From the human T2T-CHM13v2.0 reference genome, Homo sapiens: a stretch of DNA of 64,000 bases. Location of the stretch: NCBI RefSeq assembly GCF_009914755.1, contig NC_060932.1. One strand, 5' to 3'. Both the position numbers and the translations under genes were made by a program. Below are positions 44,001 through 56,001 of the stretch, one piece after another. Position 1 is the first letter of the stretch, and the number at the start of each line of letters is the position of its first letter. The notes under the pieces are model-generated. The model was given only the letters and a program-made list of their open reading frames with translations, searched no databases and had not been told where the DNA came from.

Positions 44001-45379
44001 CAATTTGTTCCCTAGAGAAAACGCTTCAAACAACTCTTCTATCACTTCTGTGGCAGAATGAAAAGTCCCATCCAACAAGGCTACAATGTGGATGGGATTT
44101 GATGTGCATCCTGTGACATCTGCAAAATCAGAGGGGGCCTCAAAACTTCACATTGACTTCAATTTTCTTATCTCCAAACCTATGACTCTCTTCGTCTTTC
44201 CAAAGGGTGATCACCTTGGGGAAGCTAACATCCCTATAGACACAGGTGCTGAGGTATACGGTTAATAGATGCCCAATAAAAGTAAGCACTGAGGATCAGG
44301 TGATGCAACATAAACAGAAATGTGGCAAATCTGTGCATGGGCAGATGCTTGAACCCAATATAGACAAGGTCCTAATTGTGGGGCCCACCTGATCCTTCTA
44401 CAGCTTTAGGAAAATACTGCCTCAAGATGCTGCCACTCACGCTCTCTCACACATTGTGACTGTTACACCAATTATATGCAGCAGGTATTGCGATGCCCAT
44501 TTTGCAGACTGTATGGTAAGTGAAGTGTCCAAATCACATAGTTAATGCTGCTCTACTGAAAGCTCACTCAACGTACTCTGACAAACCCAGAGCTATCTTG
44601 GGCTACCCAAAACCAGAATGACAGGGCATGGCATCTAAAAAGGGTTTTTATTCAGTCCACATTTGAAGATCTTTTCCTTGCTTCCCTTGACACTGTCCCG
44701 CTTGTTAAAAGATGAAACAAATCTTGTTTGCATTCTGTGAAGACCTCCAGACCCAAACCAAAGAGAAAAAAGGAGCAGGGACCCTGATCGGTGGGAAAAA
44801 CCATAGGATCACAACCAAGTTTCATTTGATTTATGAAACTTTTAAACATTTATGAAATGTTAAGAAATGAATAAACTTGAAAGCGGGAGCTTCCAAATAA
44901 TGCAAGAATAATTTAGCATTAAATTGAAGAAAATTTGCATTCTGTTCTCCAAGCAGAAGAAGGATACCAGGCATCACTTGGACAAACAGTAGTACCTTCG
45001 TCTCATCCCTGGCTGCTTAAACCTCCCTTGAAGAAGTCTCCATTGATACAACACAGGAAGGTCAGCGATGTTTCCTTTCCCTGCTCTCCTGAGGTTCCTC
45101 ATTTGCATTCTATTATTGCATTTGCTAGACTCTTTAAATTTAGTCATTTCCAGCCTCTCTCTCCATACAGAAAGAACTATGCTCATCTCCCTCAACAGCC
45201 TGGCACAAGGTTTGGCAACAGGGTCTATACGCAGAATCCATGAATCCAAGAAAACCCATTCAGCTCAGCCAACAGTTCTCAGCCTGGCTTCATGTCGGAA
45301 TCACCTAAGGGCAATGCCTGTCATCTGGACTCACGTGTATGCTTTGTGTGTTTGTGTGTGTTGAGTCTTCTTCTTTTTA

Positions 45380-46150
45380 AACTATTTGCAACTTTTTATT
45401 TCTAAAAGTTGTTTTTAAGTTAAAGGAATAATATAACATACATATATATTCTCTTTACCTGGCTTCACCAATTGTTAATATGTTTGCCACATTTTCTTTT
45501 TCTCTTTCTCATTTTGGGTGTGTGTATTGTGTGTGTGCATACACACATGCACTTATATTGTCTGTATATGTGCCGAACCATTTGAAAGTAAGTTGTAAAC
45601 ATCATGACTTGTCACCACTAACTATTGCACCATGCATCTCTTCAAAATATAGAACATCCACTTACATAACCACAATGAAATGATCAGGCTCAATAAATTA
45701 AATTTTGATACAATAATGTTATCTACTATGGAGGCCATGTTCAACTTTTCTTAATTATCCTTATATAATGTCCCCTGTTATTTATTTTTTTCAGCTGGAA
45801 CCAATCAAGAGTCAAGCACTGAATTTGGCTGTTATGTCTCTTTAGCCTCCATTAACTGAAACAGTTCCCCTCATCTTCTTTTGTTTATTTGTTTGTTTGT
45901 CCATGACATGAAGCCTTTGGAAGAGACCATTCCAGATATCCAGCAGGATGCCCCACAATTTGAATTTGTCTATTATTTCTTTATGATTAGGTTCAGATCA
46001 TTTTAGGCACCATTGCAGGTATGTTGTACATTTCCACTGAATTACGTCAGAAGGATGGGTTAGTTTGTCTCATTATACACAAGTTTGATAACTTTTGTTC
46101 AGGTGGAGTCTGCCAGATTTCTCTCTTATGGTACCTTTTTGTTTGGGTGA
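45380..46150 (-). mobile_element. Old L1M fragment(s)
   Basis: gaaccatttgaaagtaagttg..., gatgccccacaatttgaatttgtc, resembling L1MC 3' sequence. Confidence 0.55.
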
Positions 46151-46645
46151 TTTACATGCATGCCAAGGTTTGAGAGGCCCGGCTACTCAAAATGTGGTCA
46201 GCAGAGTCACAGCATTGGTTTCCCCTGGGAATCTGTCAGAAATGCAGCTAGCTATCAAGTTCCTGACCCAGGAGGGAAGAGTTCTGGTCTCCCTTCATCA
46301 CTCTTCTATTGAGTACACCACGACATGAGGATAGAAGCACCACACAAGAGTGAGGATTCAGGTGTGACCCCAGCTGTGCCAGTTCAGTAGCTTTAAGAGC
46401 CTGGGCAGATCTCCTAACTTCTCTTATTCATTTGTAAACGCGAGCCACTGGTCACCCTCCAAGTCAATACGGATGGCCTGAGATGATTGCCAAGGGGAGT
46501 GTGCATGGATTTCATGAGGGTTGCAAGAAGGCAGCAGATTAGATATGATCAAGAAGAGAAGCAAAAGAGAGAAAGTATTTACTAAATGCTGATAATGACA
46601 TGTCTAGGTGTTTTATATCCATCATCTCAATTAAATTTCACAACA

Positions 46646-47982
46646 ATGCAGAATAATGAAACGACCTCTATGCCTTACCATATACAAAAATCAACTCAAG
46701 ATGGATTAAAGACTCAAAAGTAAGATCTGAAACTATAAAAATCCTTGAGAGAATAGAGGAAACACCTTAGGAACCTGGTCTAGGCAAATATTTTATGCCC
46801 GTGACCTCAAAAGCACAGTCAACAAAACAAAAAATAGGCAAATGGGACTATTTTAAACTAAAAAGCTTCTATGTAGCAAATGAAACAATCAACAGAGTGA
46901 AGAGACAACCCCTTAAATGGGAGAAAAAATTGAAAACTATTCATCGACAAGGGACTAGTATCTAGAATATACAAGAAACTCAGCAGTTAAAAAACAAATA
47001 ATCCCATTACAAAGTGGGCAAAGGATATGAATAGATATTTCTTAAAAGAAGACATATATATGGTCAAAAGATATATAAAAAGATGTTTGATATCACTAAT
47101 TATCAGGAAAATGGAAATCAAAACCACAATGAGATATCATCTTACCCTAGTTAGAATGGTCATTATTAAAAAGGCAAAAAATAACAGATGCTGATGGGGA
47201 TTCTGAGAAAAGGAATTCTTACATACTGTTGGTGGGAATGTAAATTAGTACAGCCACTATGGAAAGCAATATGGAGATTTCTCAAAAAACTAAAAATAGA
47301 ACTATCATACCATCCAGCAACCCCACTACTGGGTATTTGTCCAAAAGAAAAGAAATCAATGTATCGAAGAAATACCTGCACTCTCATGTATATTGCAGCA
47401 GTATTCCCAATAACAAAGTAAGGAATCAACCAAAGGATCTATCAATGGATGCACAGATAAAGAAAATATGGTATATGTACACAATGGAATACTAGTCAGC
47501 CATGAGAAAATGAAATCATGTCATTTGCAGCAACTTGGATGGAACTGGAAGTCATTATGTTAAATGAAATAACCCACACACATAAAGACAAATATCATGT
47601 GTTCTTACCCATATGTGGGAGCTAAAAATGTTGATCTCATGGAGTAGAGAATAAAATGATAGATACCAGAGGCTTGGAAGGATGAATGTGCAGGAGTAGG
47701 GGTATAAAGAGAGGTTAGTTAATGGGTACAAACATACAGTCAGAGGGAATAAGTTCTAATGTTTAATATCAGAGAAGGGTGACCATAGTTAACAACAATG
47801 TATTGTATAATTCAAAACAGCTAAGAGAGAGGACTTGAAATGTTCCCAACACATAGAAATGATAAATACTCCAGGTGACAGATGCCCCAAACACCTTGAC
47901 TTCATTGTTACACAGTCTACGCATGCAATGAAATAGTACATGTACCTCATAAATATGTACATACATTATCCATCAATTTAAA
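46646..47982 (+). mobile_element. 5'-truncated L1 (L1MA/PB type), ORF2 C-terminus plus 3' UTR, inserted in a MIR
   Basis: ORF2 remnant translates as ...[34 protein letters not shown]; TSD AAATTT(C/T)ACAACA at 46633-46645 and 47983-47995. Confidence 0.9.
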
Positions 47983-49948
47983 AAATTTTACAACAGCCTT
48001 GGGATGTAGGCAGTATTATCTTAATATTAGAAATAAAGAAATGGAAATTCAGGAAGGTTGAGCAAATTATTCCAGGTTACACAGAAGAAACAGCAGAGTT
48101 AAATGCAACCAATGTTTGACTCCAAAGATCATGCTCTTACTGCTGAATAAAGAATGACAGCTTATCAAAATCCTTGCTTCTCAAAATGAGAAGGAAATTG
48201 GCCATACTGAGGAAGGAAAGGCAAAGAGAGATTAGTGGGATGAAAAAAGGTGAGGACTGATTGAGAATGGTTAAGAAAACCAACATCAAGTGGTAGATGA
48301 GAAAGAATAAAATACATGGGAGCTGAAAAGGAGAATGAGCTAAATAGAGTCAGGGAAATGGAAGTTGAAATCAGCATTGTCTAGAGAAAAACTGATGTTA
48401 CTTCAGTAATGAATTACAGTTTATAGGCATGGCTAAGATACTGCTGGAGGGATTCATTCTACTCTGGCTGGGACGTTGACCAGATGACCAAATTCTGAGA
48501 TTTCTGCTAATATTAACAAGGTTGTCATTAGAGTATATGTTCCATTAGGCAGAGATTGTTTTGTTTCCTTTTGTTTTATTTATTTCTATATCCCTAATAT
48601 CTAGAAGAGTTCCTGGTACAGAGAAGGCATTAAAAATATCTATTAACTGATTAACGTTAACAACACAAATATCTAACACTGAATGCTTCTTCCATGTAAA
48701 GTGCTCTTAGTTTCACAAGAGCCTATAACTTACTTACAACACTTCTCAGATGAAGAAACTGAAGCCCAAAGATACAGCAACTTGCCCAAGACCATACCAG
48801 CTATAAGAAGCAAGCAAGTTTGGAGGCCCAAATTTATCTTACCTCCAAATTGGGAAGACTCTGCATTACCGACAGCATTAAGTGGGCATTCAGTGTCTCC
48901 TCCAACCTGAAGACAATAGATCTTCTTGTCAACATGCTAAGTCCACTAGGCAGGCCCTTTATGTTCCAGAGCAGCTGCTGGCTCCATGTGTCTCACTACC
49001 CAGTCTTGCCTGCCAGATGTCCCTGGAGCAAGCATACCTCAGAATGCAGTCAGTGGGTATTTCTTGTGATCATTTTCCCTTGGTTTGTCAACAGGAGAGT
49101 GATTGATCACAGCTGGCTGTGGCAAGATGGTCAGGGCAGCAGGATGCCTATCCAGTGCCAAATGAGATGAATGCCAAGATGAAGCCAGCATCTTTTCACT
49201 AACAGGCAAAGAAAGGGGAATCCCTGGACAGCCTCAGGACAGTCACAGTGTCAGGTATGTATGACTTTTAAGGAGATCCCTATTCAGAATTAACTAATGT
49301 ATACTGAGTGCCTAGTGTTGGGCTAACTGCATTCATATATACTATTCTTTGAGACTAAAAACCACCCTGTGATAGGGTAGTGTAATCATCCTCAATTTAT
49401 AGGTCATCCCCAACTTGACTCCTGCAGTCACAGAGACACAAAGCAGTCCAGATGTGAACTCCAAGTCTAGCATGTTTTTCATAAAATCAGAATCTCTTTC
49501 AGCCATAAGGTTAAAAAAACTAGAGAAGTGATCACCCTCACTCAAGTTAAAGCATGGTCTCCAATCTTGTTTTCTCTCCCATAGTCCATTTTTGGACTTC
49601 TAAGAACTATTCTTATAATTAAAGTCCTGTAATGCTGGCTTTGACTACTTACTGTTACTGGGATAGTAGTAAAGCTATTGCAGCAAAGTCTTGATTAACC
49701 AGAACCCTTACAGAATTCTCACATGCATCCATTCAGCAAATGCTTACTTAGTACCTACCATGCACTCTGCAGCCTGCTGTGGAGTGGTAAGGTTACAGGA
49801 GAATAAGCAGCTCCCACTCTCAAGTAGCTCTCAGCTCAACAGGGCAGACAAGCAGAGATCAATCAAATGCGAGGTACAAAATTCTATGCCTGGGGAAGCT
49901 GGGCCAAGGTGAAGGGGAGTCACCAAGTGAAAGCAGGGGATGGGCATT

Positions 49949-52308
49949 TGATATGGTTTGTCTCTGTGTCCCCATCCAAAACTCATCTCAAATTGTAATC
50001 CCCACATGTTTCCAGAGTGGCCTGGTGGTAGGTGACTGAATCATGGGGGTGGATTTCCCCCTTGCTCTTGTCGTGATAGAATTCTCATAAGATCCAGTTG
50101 TTTGATAAGTGTGTGACTCTTCCCCTTCACTCTTGCGCTCTCTCCTGGCACCACGTAAGACATTCCTGCTTCCCCTTCTGCCACGATTGTAGGTTTCCTG
50201 AGACTTCCCCAGCCATGCAGAACTGTGAGTCAACTAAACCTCTTTCCTTTATAAATTACCCAGTCTCAGGTATTTCTTTATAGCAGTGTGAAAATGGACT
50301 AATACAGGAAATTGGTGCCTGGAGTTTGGGGCACTCCCATAAAGATACTTGCAAGTATGGAAGAGACTTTGGAACTGGGTAATGGGCAGAGGTTGGGACA
50401 GTCTAGAGGGCTCAGAAGAAGATCAGAAATTGTGGGAAGGTTTGGAACTTCCCAGTGACTTACTGAATGGTTTTGACCAAAATGCTGACAGTGATATGGA
50501 CAATGAAGTCCAGGCTGAGGTGGTCTCAGATGGAGATGAGGAACTTATTGGGAACTGGGGTAAAGGACACTTATGGTATGCTCTGTCAGAGACTGGTAGC
50601 ATTTTGCACCTGCCCTAAAGATCTGTGGAACTTTGAACTTCAGAGGATGATTTAGGGTATCTGGTGGAAGAAATTTCTAAGCAGCAAAGCATTCAAGAGT
50701 TAACCTGGCTTATTCTGAAAACATTCAGTTATGTGCGTTCACAAAGGGATGGTCTGAAATTGGAACTGATATTGGTAAGGAAAGCAGAGCATAAGGATTT
50801 AGAAAACTTGTAGCCTGACCATGTGGTAGAAAAGAAAAACCCATTTTCTGCGGAGGAATTCAAGCCAGCTGCAGAAATATGCATAAGTAATGAGGAGTTG
50901 AATGTTAATAGCCAAGACAACAGGGAAAATGTCTCCAGGGCACATCAGAGAATTTTGTGGCAGCCCCTCCAATCACAGGCCCAGAGGCCTAGGGGGGAAA
51001 AATGGTTTCCTGGGCCAGGCCCAGGGCCCCACTGCTCTGTGAAGCTGCTGGACTTGGTGCCCTGTGTCCCAGCCGCTCCAGTTCCAGCCATGGCTAAAAG
51101 GGAGCAAGGTACAGCTCAGCCCATTGCTTCAGAGTGTGCAAGCACTGAGCCTTGGTGGCTTCTGTGTGGTGTTGGGCCTGTGGGTGCACAGAAGACAAGA
51201 GTTAAGCTTTGGGAACCTCCACCTAGATTTCAGAGGAGGTATGGAAACACCTGGATGTCCAGGCAGGAGTCTGCTGCAGGAGTGAAGCTCTCATAGAGAA
51301 CCTCTGTGAGGGCAGTGCAAGAGGAAATGTGAGGTTGGAACCCCCACACAGAATCCCCAATGGGACACTGCCTAGTTGGACTGTGAGAAGAGGGCCACCG
51401 TCCTCCAGACCCCAGAATGGTAGATCCACAGACAGCTTGCACTGTGTGCCTGGAAAAGCCACAGGTACTCAATGCCAGCCCATGGAAGCAGCCACAGGAG
51501 TTGAACCCTGTAGAGTCACAAGGGTGGAGCTGCCCAAGGCCATGGAAGCCCAAGCCTTGCATTAGGGTGGCCTGGATGTGAGACATGGAATCAAAGGACA
51601 TTATTTTGGAGCTTTTTTAATGCATGCCCTGCTGGGTTACAGACTTGCATGGGGCCTGTGGCCCATTTGTTTTGGCCAATTTCTCCCGTTTGCAATGGAA
51701 ACATTTACCCAATGCCTATACTCCCATTGTATCTTGGAAGTAACAAACTTTTTTTTTATTTTACAGGTTCATTGGCAGGAGCAACTTGCTTGTCTCAGAT
51801 GAGACTTTGGACTTAGACTTTTGAGTTAATGCTGGAATGAGTTAAGACCTTAGGGTGCTGTTGGGAAGGCATGATTGGTTTTGAAATATGAAAAGGACAT
51901 GAGATTTGGGAGGAAGCAGGGGCAGAATGATATGTTTTCGCTCTGTGTCCCCACCCAACTCTCGTCTCAAATTATAATACCCACATATTGTGGGAGTCGC
52001 CTGGTGGGAGGTGACTGAATCATGTGGGCATATTTTCCCCTTGCTCTTCTCCTGATAGAAGTTTCAGGAGATCTGGTTGTTTGATAAGTGTGTGGCTCTT
52101 CCCCTTTGTTCTCTTTTTCCTGCCACCATGTAAGATGTGCCTGGCTTCCTCTTCCCCTTTGCCTTCTTCCATGATTGTAAGTTTCCTGAGACCACCCCTT
52201 CCCACCTCCGCCAGCCACGCAGAACTGTGAAACAATTAAACTTCTTTCCTTTATATATTACCCAGTCTCAGGTATTTCTTTATAGCACTGTGAAAACAGA
52301 CTAATACA
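49949..52308 (+). mobile_element. Full-length THE1D (MaLR) provirus: LTR 49949-50306, internal 50307-51927, LTR 51928-52308
   Basis: Two TGATATG...CTAATACA LTRs, MaLR internal sequence, a polypurine tract at 51908-51927 and a perfect 5-bp TSD GCATT (49944-49948 and 52309-52313). Confidence 0.93.
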
Positions 52309-53703
52309 GCATTTGAGGCAAAAGAAACAAGGTAAGGGTTTGATTGATTTCCATATTTCCTGTATTCTACCTTTAGGAAGGAGAAAAAAAATAATCTCAT
52401 CATGGACCTGGTTCATTTTAATTTAAAAAAAAAAAAAAAGCATCCACTAGATTGTAGGCCTATGGTAAGCCCAATTTCCTGGGCCCATTGTGCCATTAGC
52501 CACAGCCCAGAACAAGATAATGGATGCTTGAAAACATAAATTTCAATGCAAAATCCTGAATCATCAAGGAAAGGTTCAATTATGTTCACTTGACTGGACT
52601 GTCTCCTAAGCTGCAGGGAGAATGTACTATGCATGTACTAAGTAAGTATGCTTCAATATTAGGAGCTCAATGGGAATTCAACACAGGTTTTCCTGTGTAG
52701 CTCCCAATTTATCAGAATCCGCAATCCCACCACCACCCCAGTTCATCCTCAATTTTCCTAACACTGTGGCTTCCTGAGTTCTGACCAGCCCCCAACTTGA
52801 TTCTAAACTCTCATTTCTAGCAATTTGCCATCTGAGAGCTAGCAAGGGGAGGCCAAGGAATTACTCATGGCCCTGCATTAACAATGGGGAAAGGGGCACC
52901 CAGTGACGCTCAGCAAAATACCCAGGGTCCCACAATTGTTGGAAGAGCATCAGAACTGGAATCTTGGCTCAGAAACAGAGTGAACCCACTGCATTCAAAT
53001 GCGAGCTCCAGGAACCTTAGCTGTGTGATCGCGGACAAGTGATTTTCTCTCTTGAGGTTTTCATATCTTTATATAACGGAGATAATAATTTCCATCTAAT
53101 AGTACTGTGTGAGGATTAAATAAAATTAGTACATTTGCATATTTGCATATATATGCATTTGCATATATAGTTCCTAGCTAGGTAACTGACTTTCTTCTCA
53201 CAAAGTCTTAAATTTTCCTGGATCCTTTTTGGGAAACAGGCTCCAGGTTTTGGCATTATCAAATCTGCTTCCAGGTGATGCAATAATTCTAGAAAAAAAT
53301 AAAATTGAGGCTCAGTCAGTAACAGCTTTAGCTATTCCCTTCCCCAGACTGGACAAGGCAGGGCTGGAGGTGCTGGCTGGGAAAGGTGGGAAGAGAAGAA
53401 AGAGGGAGCCCACATGCTTCCATAGGACCCCCAGGTTTTTCAGTCAGTACGTACTGAACGCGATGTGCATGTGAAAGGACACGTGAATCATTGTATGACT
53501 GTGTGCACTCAACGAACTTCTTGTGCCTTTTTTAACTATCACATATTTCAGTATTCACTTCAATTTAACTAAACATATTGCTAGAGACAGAGAGAGGAAT
53601 GTATTTTAATGCTTTTTTTTCGGCCACCTAAAAAGAGCAAATGAAAGAGCAACAATTGTTAAGCCGTCTCTCCAACCAGACCCCGACCAACACCTGCAAA
53701 TAG

Positions 53704-53733
53704 ACACACACACACACACATACACACGCACAC
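53704..53733. repeat. Interrupted (AC)n microsatellite
   Basis: acacacacacacacacatacacacgcacac. Confidence 0.85.
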
Positions 53734-54702
53734 TCATACAGACACCAACATCCACGTTTCTGGGAAAATGCCCCACTCCCACCCCACCCTTCCTGCTGGT
53801 TCCTTAGTTTCCGGGAAGGCACCCTCTCCGGGCTTGGTAACCTCCTTGAAGAAACCTGTTGCTAAGTCTGAGGTCCTGTGTGGACGCCCCCACCTGGTGG
53901 CCGAACCTAGAAAAACGTCTCTAACCAAGAAAAACTGGCAGGTAGTGTAACTAACTCCAAGGCTCCTGAGCCCTTCCGACCACATCAGTCATGGGTGAAT
54001 TGGAGGAGAATAGAGAGGAAAATCCACTGCTAAACGCGTGGGGGAGAGAGGGGGGAGGGGGGGTTGCCAAGGTCATAGGCAATTCCCTGCCAAAACCCTG
54101 GTACAGTACAGCTTCCTAGAAGCAGCCATCAGGATGACTAAACCAGAGCCAGAAGGCAGAGCTTGATGGCTGGACGTGCCCTGCCAGCTCCGAGATGGGT
54201 GCTGACAGCACAGATTTCCAATCTTGAATGAGGAGCACCCCCACCATCCTCTCCCCCCTCCCAAATACGGGTGGATTTTCCATCCCCAGTGGCAGGTGCA
54301 GAGGGAGTTCCTTCTTCCTTCTGGCCATGCATTTACATCGGACTAGCAAGGAGATTCTTTCTAGGAGAACAGTGCCTGGGTGCAAACCTCCAGGCCAAGC
54401 CCCTCACATTCCCGGTGCCCTAGGCCAGCCAAAGCAGGAGAAGCAGCAGCGACTGAGGCTGAGGGAATATCGGATCCCAAATCAAGGAGATGTTTCAGCC
54501 AAAAGAGTCCCCGGCCCCCTCACCTCCTGGCTCTGTGAAGCCCCAGCCCCTCAGTCTAGGCTTAGACACACACGTTCCCATTCACTTCCCTAAAAGGAAT
54601 CCTAGAACATGCATTTTGGCCAGTCCCAGCTCCCAGTCAGAGCAGCACCAGGTTCTTCTCTGTACCAGTACCCAGCGATCAGAAGGGTGGCACAAGCAAG
54701 CG

Positions 54703-54730
<28 letters not shown>
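54703..54730. repeat. (AC)14 microsatellite
   Basis: Perfect dinucleotide run. Confidence 0.95.
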
Positions 54731-54733
<3 letters not shown>

Positions 54734-55022
54734 CCCCACTATGGGTGGTGCGCACCCCTCCCATCCCCAACTAAACTCAGTGGCGATCCCAACAGAAGGG
54801 ATCCACCCGAAACAGAAACACAGAGCTCACGGGAGGACCCGCTTTATCCTCTTCAACCCTCACATTAATTGGAAAAACCCACATAATTATTTTAAGCTTC
54901 CAAACCAACACCCCTAGAAGATGTCATAAATGTGCACCCGCGCGCGCACACATCCGCCCAAATCAGCAGGGGAACCACGCTTCGTTTTTTAAGCCCCTAG
55001 TGTGGAACACCCGGAGAGCGGC

Positions 55023-55023
<1 letters not shown>

Positions 55024-55071
<48 letters not shown>
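55024..55071. repeat. (AC)24 microsatellite
   Basis: Perfect dinucleotide run. Confidence 0.97.
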
Positions 55072-55073
<2 letters not shown>

Positions 55074-55223
55074 AGGGAAACGCGTGCTGAGGACGGGCTG
55101 GTCTCCCCTTCAGCGGGAAAGCATCCATGGGTCTTAAAGCCCCAGAGACTTCTCAGCTCCAGCCCCGACCCCAAGTCCCCAAGCGCGCCGCCGCCGAGGG
55201 CGCCCCGAGCGGCCGGGTACTCA

Positions 55224-55817
<594 letters not shown>

Positions 55818-55911
55818 TCACATCCCGCGCGGGTCAGCCGCAGGACCCCGAGGGTCGCGGGCCGGGGGCTGCGGAGAAGCTGGGAGGGCGCGCGAGGCTG
55901 GCGCGGAGGCG

Positions 55912-56001
55912 CTAGGGCGCGCGGCGGCGGGAGCCTGGAACCGGCGCTCCGGGGCGGCGGCGGCGGCGGCGGCACCCAGGCCGGCGAGCCCAAGACAGCA
56001 T
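55912..56001 (-). other. uORF (29 aa, MLSWARRPGCRRRRRRPGAPVPGSRRRAP)
   Basis: ATG 56001-55999 to TAG 55914-55912, read codon by codon; spans a GCC repeat. Depends on the TSS lying upstream of 56001. Confidence 0.45.
55953..55973. repeat. (GGC)7 trinucleotide repeat in 5' leader
   Basis: ggcggcggcggcggcggcggc. Confidence 0.9.

Noticed and set aside
50349-51802. Several 70-157 aa ORFs
   Set aside because: Broken remnants of the THE1 internal region, not host genes.
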